A stretch of DNA of 64,000 nucleotides from Carcharhinus amblyrhynchos (lineage: Eukaryota), in the NCBI GenBank assembly GCA_965287045.1, contig OZ336885.1, positions 64,294,001 through 64,358,000 of the forward strand, written 5' to 3'. Positions 1-12,731 of this stretch are shown piece after piece (position 1 is the first letter of the stretch; each line of letters starts with the position of its first letter). Below the pieces are notes generated by a model, which saw only the letters and a list, made by a program, of their open reading frames with translations, was not told the origin of the DNA and made no database searches. A program made the position numbers and the translations under genes.

Positions 1-1439
1 TGCATTTGTGTTCTGTCCTTCATCACATTCAAAAATAATTGGGGGCAATTTCCACCCCTCTCAAAAAAAGGGCCAAAATCACCTTTTGTGTCTTAAGCGC
101 TGGGCCTACTTGAAACTGGGAGTATTTCAGATCCGTTTTTCTGGTCCGTTTGAGGCGCCCATCTGCCTGCATAAATGTATGTGAATAAGAATCGCGGTGC
201 GGAAGACTGCGGGGAAAACTGTGGAGGAATTCGAAACCCTGCAGCTCTTGGCAGAACCTCCAAATTTACATGTGCAAAAACAAGGTGGAACACTCCTCCC
301 CTGCCACAGCACATCAGGACGAGATAATGTCTCCCCCACACGCCATTCCATTGTGGCCCAAACATCGCTGTCTCACTTATTCCACAAACTCCTCCACCCA
401 GATGACCGACTTCCCTTCAATGACCTCAGCCAGAATGAAGAGAAGTGCCACCTTCTCTGCCATCAGTCCCACCGATCACAAGCAAAACGGCAGTGCCGCC
501 ACCAACCCGCCCCCCCCCCCCCCCCACCTGCCCACCCGATCAATCAAATGCACTGTGACAGCGCACAAATCTTGTCTCCCACCTATCTCAAAAAAGACTG
601 GCAGTCGCCGTTCTTCCCCAAAGTGCGTTGGCGCTCCCTTCACTCGACATTTTACAGACATAGTGGCATCGCCCCTCTCCCCCACCTCCCCCCCGCCCGC
701 CCACCCCACGCTTCCTCCACTGATCGTAGGCAGGCAGAGTGGCTCTCCTCCTGCACCACTCTCTGGCGGAGTGAAAGCTGTCTCCGATTTATTTCCACAT
801 TCATAGCAGGTGGAGTGTTCCCGCCCCCCTAGCTTCAGGCAGAGTGATCCCCTCATTCCCACCCACCAATACGAAATCCGCCTGCACATCTACCCCTGAC
901 TCCGATGGCTGTTTGACACATCCTTCTCTCTCCCCTGTCCCCAATTATTATAGAGGCACAGAACACCACCCCATCAACGCACTTGCAATGCTCAGCTGCC
1001 TTCTCTCCAATGCTAACAAGCAAATTACATGTAAATTGCTCTCACTTTCTTCAAAAAAGCGCCTGCAGACAATGTATCATAACTAAAAGCAGATCTGCTA
1101 AAAAAAAATGGACAGGCATCCAGAGCAGGAAACAAATGCGCAAACGTCCAGTCCCCAGATCCACTGAAGTTAACACTAGAGGAAGATGGAACACTAAATC
1201 GGCTTCAGCGTGACGCAGAACCAACAAGTCACCCCCGTGACTTGCCTGGGTTTGCAAAACCTCACTTACTGTACTGCCTGGAGACAATACACATCTCTTT
1301 AACCTGTGATCAGTGCTCCTTCCACTCACATTATCAGCCACTTCAGGTCTTGAGCAGCAGGTTAGGTGTAAGGATTCGCATTCTTATCAGTAATCTCTAA
1401 ACTGTCTGTGCTTTATATGCTCTGTCTGAGGCCAGAACT

Positions 1440-1560
1440 CTCCATTCATCTGACAAAGGGGCTAACCCCGAAAGCTTGAGTATATTATCAAATAAATAGG
1501 TTGGACTAAAACCTGGTGTTGCAGACTTTTTTGCTGGGCTAGGTGACGCCAGAGCATCTG
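1440..1560 (+). mobile_element. Penelope-derived short element with degenerate hammerhead motif
   Basis: CTGACAA(1450-1456)-A-GGGG-ctaa-CCCC-GAAA-gctt followed by the aaataaataggttggactaaaacctggtgttg tail shared with the other copies. G8 of the core is mutated. Confidence 0.7.
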
Positions 1561-2559
1561 GAATTCAGCACAAGCACCAACATCCAATGGAGAGACAAAC
1601 AGGCCCACAAGAACCACGAGGGAGCAGAATGGGCTTGAGCCCATGACGGGTCTTCCTGCCAGTAGATTGCCGTTGTGTCTATACATTCTGGCATCCCCCT
1701 TCCAGAAACCGGGACATCTCAGGGGCAGCGGGATAAGGAGAATGTTATGAAAACGCGCCAGAAACCTGGAAACCGTAGGGCGCTCCAAAGGACGCCTGCC
1801 AAGCGTATCACAGACAACATGCGCGGGAGACAGCTGGTCCTCGATACGGACAATGCACTTTCTGGAGACATACGTCAGCGTAGTGGTAGGCCAGGTTAGG
1901 TTAGAGAGTTTTAATTGCGGTAAGTTGGCAACGTGTAGAAATGCAGAAGTTAAATAATGCATAAACTCCTGACTGCTTTCCGTTCAGAAACTTTCATGTT
2001 TGAAATTATTAGTTAAAAAATCTTTGTTGTCACCATTAAATGTTGCCTTTTCATCAGTCACCTGTGACTAATTCACAACAGATTTATTATATTCTAGTAC
2101 GGGAATCATCTTCCATAGACGGTCGCCCGAGGTATGCTTCATGTTGATGTTCCTTATGGAGGCCCTTCAACGCTGTGTCATAAAAAATTGGCCATTATTT
2201 CCCCGAGAATTCACAGACGACTCCCTCTCCCCTGCCTCAAAACACGGGTCCCGGGGACCTGCAAGGGACTTTTCAGATCGCTTAGCCAATACACAGTCGT
2301 GGGCCCAGGTGAAAGCGTGTGCGCAGAGCTCAGTTAAGTGTCAGACTAGTTTGCATAAGGACATGATCATAATGGTGCATTGTAAATCGTTCATTAGCCT
2401 CGAACCTGTCAGCGAATCTCGCTAACACTGGGTATCCCAACCCACTACTCTCGTGCAACGATGTTGCAGGAGATAGAAGGGCGTTGGGCGATATGGGCGG
2501 GGTGGGGTGCTGTGGGGGTAAGGGCGGGGATGCAACAGACGTGCACAGTTTCAGGTTCC

Positions 2560-3235
2560 TTGTAGAGAAGTGTCTGATGTTCAGATCCACCTTGGTCATC
2601 CTCGTTCGCCTAATTCCGACTCCCAGCCCAGCGACGCCTGGACAGTGATTCGCAGACACCTCCTTGTCCTCTTGCTCTTTAATTTCGTTCGTTTCCCTCC
2701 CTAGCGACGCCTGCCTCAACAGCCCCACAGATATTTTCCTCCTGCAAAATATCACCTTTCTGCTTTGTCAGCATTCACAGGGAACAGTACATCACCACGT
2801 TGCAAGAGAAAATTAGAGGGTTGTACTGCAGGGATCTGCCAGAGCAGCATAACCAGAGGAACCGCATTTTCAGGAGCCCTATGCACTTCTCCACAATGGA
2901 GCTTGGCTATATGAGGCTCATTATAGTGTGTTAACAGTGATGTCCGAAGCGGGAAACTCATTCACGAGCCACCCTTGCAGCCTGAGCTCCTCCTTAGAGA
3001 CCTCCGGTATGCTACAGCTCCTCAGAATGAAGTTACCAAGTAGATTGATAACTGCTTCCCTGAAACGTGCATAATTTTTGTACTGCTGTTACAAACCTAC
3101 TGGATATTTTGCGAGTGGAACCTTTTCGGGCAGTCATAGATGTTGCATCAGGGCCTTGAGGACGTCATTGATGCAGACTCTGCCCCTCTGCATATTAGGT
3201 ATCCCTGTAATGGCCGCGGTAGCATTGCATAGTAG
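2560..3235 (-). pseudogene. HARBI1-like (Harbinger) DDE transposase fragment, disrupted
   Basis: Minus-strand translation gives GIPNMQ..., KIMH, FILRSCSIPE...LQGWL, YNEPH, IVEKCIGLLKMRF...SGRSLQY. These match Harbinger transposase motifs (E.CIG.LK.RF); stops and frameshifts present. Confidence 0.75.
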
Positions 3236-3325
3236 TTCTTGCTGCCTCACAGCACCAGGAACACATTTTCAATTCTGGCACTGGCATGTTGTCTGTGTGG
3301 AGATTGCACATTATGAGCATTTTTT
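3235..3325 (+). mobile_element. HE1-type SINE 5' fragment
   Basis: tgctgcctcacagcaccagg...gtctgtgtggagattgcacatt matches the head of the full SINE at 42142-42460. Confidence 0.7.
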
Positions 3326-3649
3326 TATGGTTTACACGAATTGGCTGGTTTCCTAAAAAAAAACGAAATCGATACAGATAAGGTTGATTCGCCATGTCAA
3401 GTTGCAGTTTATTGTCAGGGGGCAATGCGAAATAGAGGTTACGGGGGCATGTCCGATTGGGACAGTCGTTAGCGAAAGTTTGATTGGCGAAATTGACTCA
3501 TGCAGCACTGTGGGTGTCGTACAATTCCATATGACTGAGGACTTCCTGAAACGGTGATGAATCAACATACTTGCATAAAGCTGGAACGACCGTGTTAAAA
3601 AAAAATGGCGGCATGATGCAGAAATACGGGTACTGGAACAGGGTAAACA

Positions 3650-3750
3650 CGGTAAGTAGGCTCACAGCACCAGGTCAAAATCCAACCAGTTTATTTGATA
3701 GTAATTCCACAAGCTTTCGGAAACGATGTTCCTTCGTCAGGTGCGTGGAA
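3650..3750 (-). mobile_element. Penelope-derived short element
   Basis: Reverse complement reads cacctgacgaaggaacatcgtttccgaaagcttgtgg...aaataaactggttggattttgacctggtgctgtgag, same family as 1440, 9340, 23531 and 35990. Confidence 0.75.
3705..3750 (-). ncRNA. Minimal type-I hammerhead ribozyme motif (Penelope-type)
   Basis: CAC-CUGACGA(3740-3734)-A-GGAA[CAUCGU]UUCC-GAAA(3718-3715)-GC-UU-GUG. Intact CUGANGA/GAAA core, 4-bp stem II, CAC/GUG stem I and palindromic AGCU stem III. Confidence 0.65.
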
Positions 3751-4199
3751 GGTTCTGATTGGAGAAGGGACATTTGGGACGGGATAATTGGACGGACCAA
3801 CGTACGAGAATGCAATTGCTTTAGATAAACCCTCTTGGTCAGATGATTATGCGCAGACCATTGAAAAACATAATTGCAAAGACAATAGTTGGATTTCTGT
3901 ATGTCATTCAAAACTAAAGAGAAAATAGATTTATAATCTGAAAGTTGCAAATTTAAACAAACTGCATATGAGGAGGGAACGATAAATAATACGCATGGTA
4001 AGTATCGACAATCGATCGAATTATGCTCATTTGATTTTTGAAATCTAAACGAGAAACAGTGTTTCACACATATCTTGGAAATTTTGAGCCCACGCCTGGA
4101 AAAAAAAACTATTAAATGTGACTGTTGTATCTTCAGCTCATTCAAAAACTGTAGATGGACTGGACAAAGAACCGATTCTAAACACAATTAGCGCAAATG

Positions 4200-4520
4200 G
4201 GGGATTGAGAAGAGGTCGTTCACGGGCAAGTGTTGAGGACAGGGTACAGAAGAAAGCGTAGGAATTAAACATTTATTTTAAATGTGATAGTTTGTAACTA
4301 CAGCTATGCCTGAACAACATGTTGTGTCATCCCAACAAAACACAGAATATATCAAAGTTTATGACTTTGGGGAAGAGGTGAAATAATTTCACTTCTGTAG
4401 ATGAATCAATACTCGGAAGAAGCTTGAGGGAAGAGGAGGATGAAATGTCGCTTGAAGCAAATACATATTGACAAGGCAAGTAGGCAAAAATGTGCCAGAC
4501 AAAATACAGGAAATCGTGTC
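4200..4520 (+). mobile_element. Ancient CR1 RT fragment
   Basis: Faint colinear similarity to the RT region of the younger CR1 copies in the window. Confidence 0.4.
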
Positions 4521-4913
4521 ATTTAACTGTAATTAACTGCAGTAATACCATGTTATGACGAATTTAGCAGTGGCGTTGTGAATTGCATAAGCACGGAATG
4601 AACTGAAAAAGATACTAAAACAAACAATTTGCAGATCTCCTCCATCTACTTCAGTCGTTCTGTGTCTTTATGTTTCAATGTCGACAACTTGAAACTTCGC
4701 CAAGCATTGAAATGGACATTTTCGACATTGAGTATCTAGAGGCCGTATGATTTCGTGATGGGCGTATTTATATTCCCAGAAAATATACCTGAAACTCACT
4801 GTATATAAAAACGAGAATTTGATAGACATAAATCAAACTTTTAAGTATAATCCATTGACAAGTGTAGATGTTACTGAATGAAGATGGACAGAAGAACGCA
4901 TTAAATAGCATAC

Positions 4914-4943
4914 CTAAGATCTTTCTTAGAAACGCTAAATCAG
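4914..4943 (-). CDS. Micro-exon (30 nt, phase 1-1) of unidentified micro-exon gene: (A)DLAFLRKIL
   Basis: ttttttttttacatacccttcatccag|...ttag|gtatgc. Only the phase-1 frame is open. Confidence 0.6.
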
Positions 4944-6899
4944 CTGGATGAAGGGTATGTAAAAAAAAAAGCAATCAGATCGGCATTTATTGTTTCACAA
5001 GTGTCGTCAGGTTAAACATTGTCAACTGCTGAATTGTGCCAATGCAGCAACATCTTACTAGTTATTAAAATCAGTCTTTCTGCCACTAGATTCAAGTGTG
5101 TTTCGACGCACTGGATCAGAAAGCATGTTAACATATTCGAGATATTGCGAAGGAGTGTGAAACCTGCGAAGCTGTGTTCCAAATTATTGCTTTTTCATTC
5201 AATGCGTGATTTGTTCGCCCCATACTATGCAATTTCTAAAGGCAGGATTTTGTTTGTGTATCTTGAAAATCTATATACGTCTGTAGCTCGTGTTTTCTAC
5301 CTTCTGAATCTACACAATATGTCGAATTATGCAAGGCAAAACATTCGCTAGATAGATTATTTGTTTCAGTAATCAAAGGACGGACATATACGCAGAATGC
5401 ATGAGAGCAATAGGGTCATCGTGTTCTTGTCATTGAAGATTTGCATGGAGGGTCAACGTTGACGCCAATTATTTTGCCGCAATGATTTGAGTTCAACGGC
5501 CAAGTTGCGGAACAGTTTCTTGAAGCCACTTGATTTTGGTAGCTATGGTTATATCACTAATCAGCAATGGATGCAACAGAATAAAAGGTGTCTAATCTAA
5601 CTACTGGTTGCGTGTTCTCACTCAATCTGTTGATATTCAACATTATTTGAGCATCACTGCAAGAACAGATGAATATTACCATTACCAGTCGCGGCTGGGA
5701 ATGTGGTCGTGAGCTGTGTTATTGAAGGGATGCATAACCCGTCGTCTAAATTGAGCAAACAGTACCACCATAATTCACTTTCCTTCTGCTTAGCAGTGGC
5801 AATAGTGAATTTGGATTTTTTTTTCAAAGAAACATTATGAGTTATTGAAATGCATCCTACAGATTGTAGCAATTGCTTGAACTGCACTTGGTTGATTTGC
5901 TGTTCACCGATGAACTGTTCCGTATTGTGGAATTTCGAGTATTTTTTATTTTATTGGAGCTACAATAATCCAGGCAGCAAAACAAATATATTTCGACCAT
6001 CTATTGTTTTCTTTGTCTTGCACGTGGCACATAATATTTGGGGCATGAATTTTTGAGATGGATGCCATATATTTCCAAACGCAAGCCCTATACTTGACAC
6101 ATTGCGTACATGTCGCGATTCAATTTATAATAAGCAATAACCAAAAAAAAACTATTTAAAGTTGATAAAAAGGCGATAGAAATGTTGTAGGATGATAAGC
6201 AGCAAATGGATGGCATATCAAAGCTGCCTAGCAAATGAAGCAGCAAATGAACCTCATTACATACATGCTACCTGTACTGCCTGGAGACCGAATTTCAATT
6301 TCCAGGTATGCCCCGTCCTACAGTTTCCCCACTTTCCTGAATTCGACACAGCCATTATTCTTATGCGTCATATTGAGCATGCTGGTGGGGAGGGTGATAT
6401 CTTCCTTTGAGTCATGCTGTCTTTTGATTTGCAAGTTTGCAAGTTTGCTTCAGTCATCACAGCCTATGTACGCAACTGAATATTGTTTTTTTTACATTTC
6501 TGCAATCTTTCCTGCACAGAATAAAGGATAAAAAGAAATAGAATTCATCTTCGAGGTCGCACTCATTGGAGAGTTCCTATCATCCGTGGTCACAAGTTTG
6601 AACTGCGACTTAGTTCTGTGAAAATATTTCACAGGCAGAGTAAACATTTAATTTCCTGTCACATAAGACTTTGAATATGAAGTCCAGAATTGACTATTTT
6701 TTTTGCTGATGGCATCATGCGTGTTATTGCCCTTCCTCATTAAATCGGGAGCAACATTTTAGCGAAATAGGGCATGATGTGCTTTGCCAGCAACGAATAG
6801 CCATCTAACATGTGATTAAAGCGGCATAATCCTATTTCCTTGTAACTAGCATGTAACAGAGTGTAGCATTAGATTTATTTTTCTCATCTGAAGATTATG

Positions 6900-7880
6900 A
6901 CAATCTGTGTTCCACAGGGATCGATACAGGGACCTTTGTTGTTCGTGCATATAAATGATTTGGCGAAAATGTAGCTGGTCTGATGTGTAAGTTCGCAGAC
7001 ACACAACAATTGTTGGAGTTGTGAATAGCGAAGAGGATTGTCAGAGGACATAGCAAGAAATATAAGCCAGTTGGAAACATGGGCGGAGAAATGGCAGATG
7101 GAGTTTAATTCTGGCAAGTATGAGATAATGTAATTTGGAAGGTCCAGAGTACGTAGGAATTAAACAGTAAATGGTAGAAACCTTCGGAGTATTAACAGGC
7201 AGAGAGATCTGTGTGAACATGGCCAAAGATCACTGAAAGTGGCAACACTGTTAAATATGGAGGTCTAGAAAGCATACAGTGATCGGGGAATTGAATAAAA
7301 CTATCGGCACGTCACGCTGTAGCTGGATGGAAACTTTGGCCATGTGCAATTCTGCTCGACACCCTCCCAGAAAAATATGCTTTGGATGGATAAGGTATGA
7401 AGAGATTTACCAAGATGGTTCCAGTCAGAAGGGCAATTGATATTCGGATAGGTTGGATAAAATCGGTTTCCTCTCACTGGAGAGATGGAAATTAAGGGAT
7501 TATCCACCGATGCCTGCAAGATTCTGGGCGGCAATGGACAGCCAGATGCTCCTCCCTCGGGCAGACAGAAAAAAAAAACAAGGACTAGGGGACGTTGCAT
7601 AAAGATGAGACGGGAAAAGTTTAGGGATGCCTGAGGCAAAGTTTTCAAAACAGACCGTGGCGAATATCTAGAAATTGCTGCCTGGAGACGTGTTGGGAGT
7701 ACTTACCATAGCGACATTTAAGGGGCAACTAGACAAATGCACGAATCGCATGGGGACGGCAAAAGACGGAATCCGGAAGTACATGCGGTTTTATCTTAGG
7801 TAGGCATCATGATCGGAGCAGGTTTGGACGGATGAAGCGTCTGTTCCAATGCTAGGCTTTTCTTTGTTCTTTGTTCTTTG
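6900..7880 (+). mobile_element. CR1 LINE 3' portion (RT C-terminus plus tail), degenerate
   Basis: VPQGS..GP.LF..YINDL and KFAD-like coding remnants; ends in a ttctttgttctttgttct tail. Confidence 0.85.
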
Positions 7881-9339
7881 CACCTTGCCCTTATCTATGC
7901 GCTCTCTAACCATTCAGAAATGACGTTATAAACATCCAGAAACTGTTGTCAGATTTTCGGAGATTCTGGCATACGATACCAGCATGTTTCAAAATTCGGC
8001 GTATGATTGTAAACCCGGGGATGACATTAATGTGGAGGAGGCGCAGCCATTATCCTTCTGAATGGCGGTGCATGCTCGAAAGGCTCACTCGGTAGCTCAT
8101 ATTCCAAGCTTGAATGCTACGACGTTCCTGTGAATAAAACATTTCTGCAATAATATCGAGTGTGTCATTTGTGCCTTCAAATTGCCTTGTCTTGTTCAAT
8201 TTAAAACTCATGGAACGAGCAACCGCCGTTGATGTGTATTCATCATTTGTTTTGAATTCTCACCGTCACGATGCTTTTGAGAACTGCCTTCTGGAATGTA
8301 AGCACATTTGTCTCAAATATTTCTGTTTAAAGCAGAAGTCTCCAACATTCAATCATTAATGGGAAATAATCATGTGGTGTTCCACAAACATATATGTGTA
8401 AAGCGCATGGACAAAAATTATGCTTTTTGTTTTGCATTCCGTGGAATTTCCAGACAACCTTTTGAACATGCGGAAACTGACTCGTGATTCGTTAGATATG
8501 AACGTGAAGAAGCGTTTGCGCAACAATAGAGCAATTATTTACCCGTAAAACTTCCAATCTTCATATGTTAATTTGTACGAGTCATAATTAATTATGCACA
8601 ATTCTATTGGAACACATTTGTTTAACTAGCGTTATCCAACACTTGATGTAAATTGATGATGCGTATTTTTCACGAGGTAGAACAGTTGTTTGCCTATTCT
8701 AAACGAATACTTTGAGTATACCATGCAAGGAAGGGCCGTTCACCCTGTCCAAACGCCACACGTTCGTCTGTGCTCTGTCACTTAAATGCTTAACTGTAAC
8801 ATTTCATTCTATACCATCGTATAGTTTATGATCTTGTCAATCAAAGTATTGTGTCGATTAACCCCTTAGGACTGGAGCCCTGAATTGTCACTTTTTTTTT
8901 GCGGGATCCTTACATATTCCACTTATTTTACTTGGGATGTATTTGCAAAGCTCACATATCTGTGGCAACAGGCAGTTTCATTCTAACTGTAAACATTCTA
9001 ACAGTTTTCACCTAAACTAACATTTGTAACAGTCATGGTCTTGTCTACATGAACAGTTTATATTTATTTGTATTTCAAATTCATCAAGAATTTGCTTTAC
9101 TTCCTTTGCTTTTTTTCATATTCACACATTGCTGCCATCGTAATATCAAATCGATTCTGAAGCGTCTCGAAAATATAATGGTTGTGGTTGGATCATGGTA
9201 GTTGGATCTGCACCCAATATCTTGATAGTAGTATCTTGAAAAAAAAACTCTACAACACTATGCGTTCTAATACAGTTCTCTGGAAATACAACTCTGCTGT
9301 TTTATTCACCAGGTGGTGTTGACGGCATTGGAGTGGGGG

Positions 9340-9490
9340 TAGGCACAGTTAGTATCTCATAACAAAAGGTTAACGTTCAACAGATTTATTTGGCAGCACA
9401 AGCGTTCGGAGCGTTGCCCCTTCATCAGGCGACTCACCTGATAAAAGGACAACTCTCCGAAAGTTCTTGCTACTAAATAAACTTATTTGA
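9340..9490. mobile_element. Inverted pair of Penelope-derived hammerhead-bearing elements
   Basis: The - copy reads ctgatgaaggggcaacgctccgaacgcttgtg and the + copy reads ctgataaaaggacaactctccgaaagttc. They diverge from a centre near 9432. Confidence 0.75.
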
Positions 9491-9929
9491 TTTATTCACT
9501 AATTATCATTTTCTTATAATTTACATATGTATTATTTTCTGAATTCTGATTGACTATGACGTTTTGCAGCATTATGTCACGTGTTTGTCGACAGTATATT
9601 AACTAACCTCACTTTTCGGCGTGTTTAAATATTCATTCTCGATGGCTTTTGAAAGTGATTGTAAACTGTACTTGTTCCTTAATAGTTTATTTGGCACATG
9701 TTCAAGGAGAACTCTTCAAGTTTGATCGAGGAGTATTGTACTTCTGGAAGCCGTATTAGGATTTTTTTTTTAAATCTGTGCTGCATGTTATTCAAATATC
9801 TCCTTCAGCAAGAATCCAAATATTTTCCTGACGCAAATTCAAAGACACATTTGCATTGTTATATTAGCCTTTTCAACCTTCAGTTGCCCTGCATTTTTTT
9901 CTAAACAATTATTTGACATCTCAACAAAT

Positions 9930-10000
9930 AAAGAATTATTATATAATATAAGGATAATAAGGATTAATAATAAGGATTATTATATTATATAATAATTACA
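9930..10000. repeat. AT-rich short tandem repeat (taataagga-like)
   Basis: aataaggataataaggattaataataaggattattatattatataataat. Confidence 0.6.
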
Positions 10001-10538
10001 AATAACACCACTGTCTTCTGCCTGTTGTAATGCGAATGTTCGGGAGAATGATGGCAAGTGTGTGCTTGAGGGGTGGTTAGGGAGAAAACAGTGAATCAAT
10101 ATTCCGGAGGTCCGTTTTTTATTTTATTTTCGATACTTTTGAACTGATTTATTTATGCTAGTTCACTGATCACCCTTTTGGTCCTGTCAATGTAAGTTGC
10201 AGCAAAATTGAGAACAAGACCATTGATAGCTTGCATGGAATGGAAATGTGTTGTGTTCCGCTGTATCCATCAGTTCATTGTTATGTAGAGAAGTGGCTCT
10301 GCCCAGATGGAATCGTTGACTTTCTTAAGTTAGGTGTGAATCATCATCTGTTGTAGATCAGACATGGAAGACAGTTCCAATGAAGAAGTTCAAGAGAGAA
10401 TAAACCAATACTAGTTTATCCATTACATCAAACAGTTTTTGAAACAACATACACCACTGTCTGAATTATAAGGCACTTGCATCTTAGTTGATATTTTGCA
10501 AAAATCGTGTACAGCATGCTACATGTTTTTGTGCTCAC

Positions 10539-10565
10539 CTTCATCTTTCTTGTTATCCTTCTCAT
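10539..10565 (-). CDS. Micro-exon (27 nt, phase 1-1): (D)EKDNKKDE
   Basis: accgacag|atgagaaggataacaagaaagatgaag|gtgagc. Strong donor, weak polypyrimidine tract. Confidence 0.6.
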
Positions 10566-10949
10566 CTGTCGGTGTTATATTTGAATCAAGCATCAAATAT
10601 CTTCATGTTCTGGCTCAAGCTGTAAAGATACCTGGCTCATTACATTCAACGTGATTGGGAATTTTATTCGGCGTGTTTATCACAGTAAGATGCCAACTTT
10701 AACACCCTCATTGTTCATGGAACAATACTAAATTTATTTGCCTGATTGACAGCGTTGCATAAACATATATTACATATGACAACTCAGGTCAGATAGTGCG
10801 ATTTAGTTTTCTACAGTCTCTTTCAAACTGAATATGTGCCAAATTTCTACAATTTGGCTTGTAATTAACAATTTCTCAGGCAAGGAAAAAAAAAATGCCG
10901 ACTGAACTGTCAATTTGTCGGTTTGCAGAACCCTTCGGGGCAATAACAT

Positions 10950-11600
10950 ATAAAGTGATGTGGGGTTCCATACATTTCCCCAAATCTGTCAACACAGGTG
11001 CCCAAATTTATTAAGAAGGCATGTGACGTGATCGTTTTTATCAGCTGGAGTACTGAGTGCAAGGGTTGGAAAATTGTGTTCCACCTTTAACGATATTTAG
11101 GCCGCACTTAGAAATTCTGTGCAGTTCTGGCCACCACCATAAAAAAACTTTGGAAAGAAGGTTCACCAGAATATTGCAAGGTCTCGAGGGTGTTGGTTAT
11201 GAGAAGACGTTGAATATATTAGGAAGTTCGTTTTGTAAAACTGCGAGGCATAGAATGGGCGAATGGTCAAAAAGCTTTATTCAAAGTCTGCAAGTGTCAA
11301 TTACACGGGGGCATGATTTCAAGGCGAGAGGGGCAAGTTTAAAAAAAAGTTGTGTGGGGAGTTTTTGTTTTCACACAGAGAATGTTAGGAGCCTGGAAGT
11401 CGCTTCCATAGGAGCTACTGGAAGCAGGCGCATTCGCACCATTTAAGTAATATGTGGTTGGCAAGATGAAAATTAAGGGAATCGAGGGACACGGACAGTG
11501 TCAGGACAGATGATTATTTTTATTCGGTTAGTAGAGACATCATCAGCAGCACACACTTGGAGGGCCGAATGGCCTGTTCGTTCGCAGTTCAAATATTTCC
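10950..11600 (+). mobile_element. CR1 LINE 3' end, degenerate
   Basis: RPHLE, RRFTRILQGLEGVGYE and TRGHDFK motifs in ORF 11057-11446; gggccgaatggcctgtt 3' UTR. Confidence 0.85.
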
Positions 11601-12704
11601 TCTTTCTCATTGATTAAATAAATTAAGATATCACGTTTGTAGCAAGATGAATGATTCAAAATACTCCGATGCCAAAAGTTGTCTTAATTTCAATGGCAGC
11701 TGTGGAGTGCATTTTGCGTGTAGAAGATCCGATCAATATGCAACATAATTTCGCCGTGCTACAACAAAATATCCCCATTCATGAAATACACTTTATAAAA
11801 TATATTGTTGTATTTATTATCATATTTCCAAAAGAGAACATCTTGACAGTTCTTCCTCAAAGTAGACAGATTTTTTTTTTCAAAGCAGCAGATTCACACA
11901 CACTAAAAAAGCACTGTAAACAAAAACTGATTGGTCCTTGCAAGTTGAACATGAACTTTTACACACGAAGTGGAGGAATGAGAGAACGAATTGTTCCTCA
12001 CTGTTGTGTAACTGATGATTGCATACAGATTGTGCAGGGAGAGATGGAAATAGCCATCGTGGATTTAGAACAGTGCACTTCACGTTAACAGTTAGAAAAA
12101 TAAAATAAAATAAATCAATGTCTTGTGAAAGCAAGCAGTGAAGAGATGATTTCGGTGTTTTCTGGTCTTGGTGCTTAATGGGCGATTTGAATGATCATAC
12201 CTTTCCAATGCGTTCAGGATGACCTGGTAATATGTCATCACAACATTAAATGTGTGTTGTGTAGACTGATAGATGCGTGTAGGAACAAGCTGTCACGCCA
12301 TGGAGAGACAGAATTAAGGCAAAATGTGATAGGCAATAAAGCATATAAGTGTAATTACATCGCATAACGTTTGCCTTTGTGAAACTGGATTACATCAGTT
12401 CCCACGACGTTAGATTCGATTGTTGCAGCATCATGGAAAGTTTTAATTCTCGAGTGTTGTGTAAGTGGAAAAGAAAATCCGGCAGCCTCCATAATTATGT
12501 CAACTTAACTGATTCTGAATAAATCATCTGTGGCAATTAGTTTTGCACACTTTTCTTCTAACTGAGAAGGGCGCAGTAACGTTGGCAATGTGTTTAGGAG
12601 AACATGACTCTGAAATTGATATTATTTTGAACAGAAACTAAAATTACTTATTTTTGTATAGCTGATAATAATTGGATAATAATTGGACGTTTTTGGTCCC
12701 ATAC

Positions 12705-12731
12705 CTCTTGTGGAGTCAGGCACCTTTGCGC
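12705..12731 (-). CDS. Micro-exon (27 nt, phase 1-1): (G)AKVPDSTR
   Basis: gattctattctacgatag|gcgcaaaggtgcctgactccacaagag|gtatgg. Confidence 0.65.

Larger units (their letters stand above)
41..3245. mobile_element. Decayed PIF/Harbinger DNA transposon, copy 1 (Myb/SANT gene remnant on +, DDE transposase remnant on -)
   Basis: Left end att|GGGGGCAATTT. Myb-like remnant KKWTGIQSRKQM near 1105-1140. Transposase remnant on - strand. Internal segments are colinear with copy 2, e.g. gaggtatgcttcatgttg...ggaggcccttcaa near 2130 and near 59625. Confidence 0.75.

Noticed and set aside
197-889. Overlapping Pro-rich ORFs of 137-211 aa
   Set aside because: They arise from the C-rich subterminal region of the Harbinger element; low stop density in C-rich DNA and no domain signal.
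10539-10619. Longer exon LEPEHEDI(L)MLDSNITPTDEKDNKKDE
   Set aside because: It needs a frameshift correction; the internal acceptor giving an exact 27-nt exon explains the site more simply.
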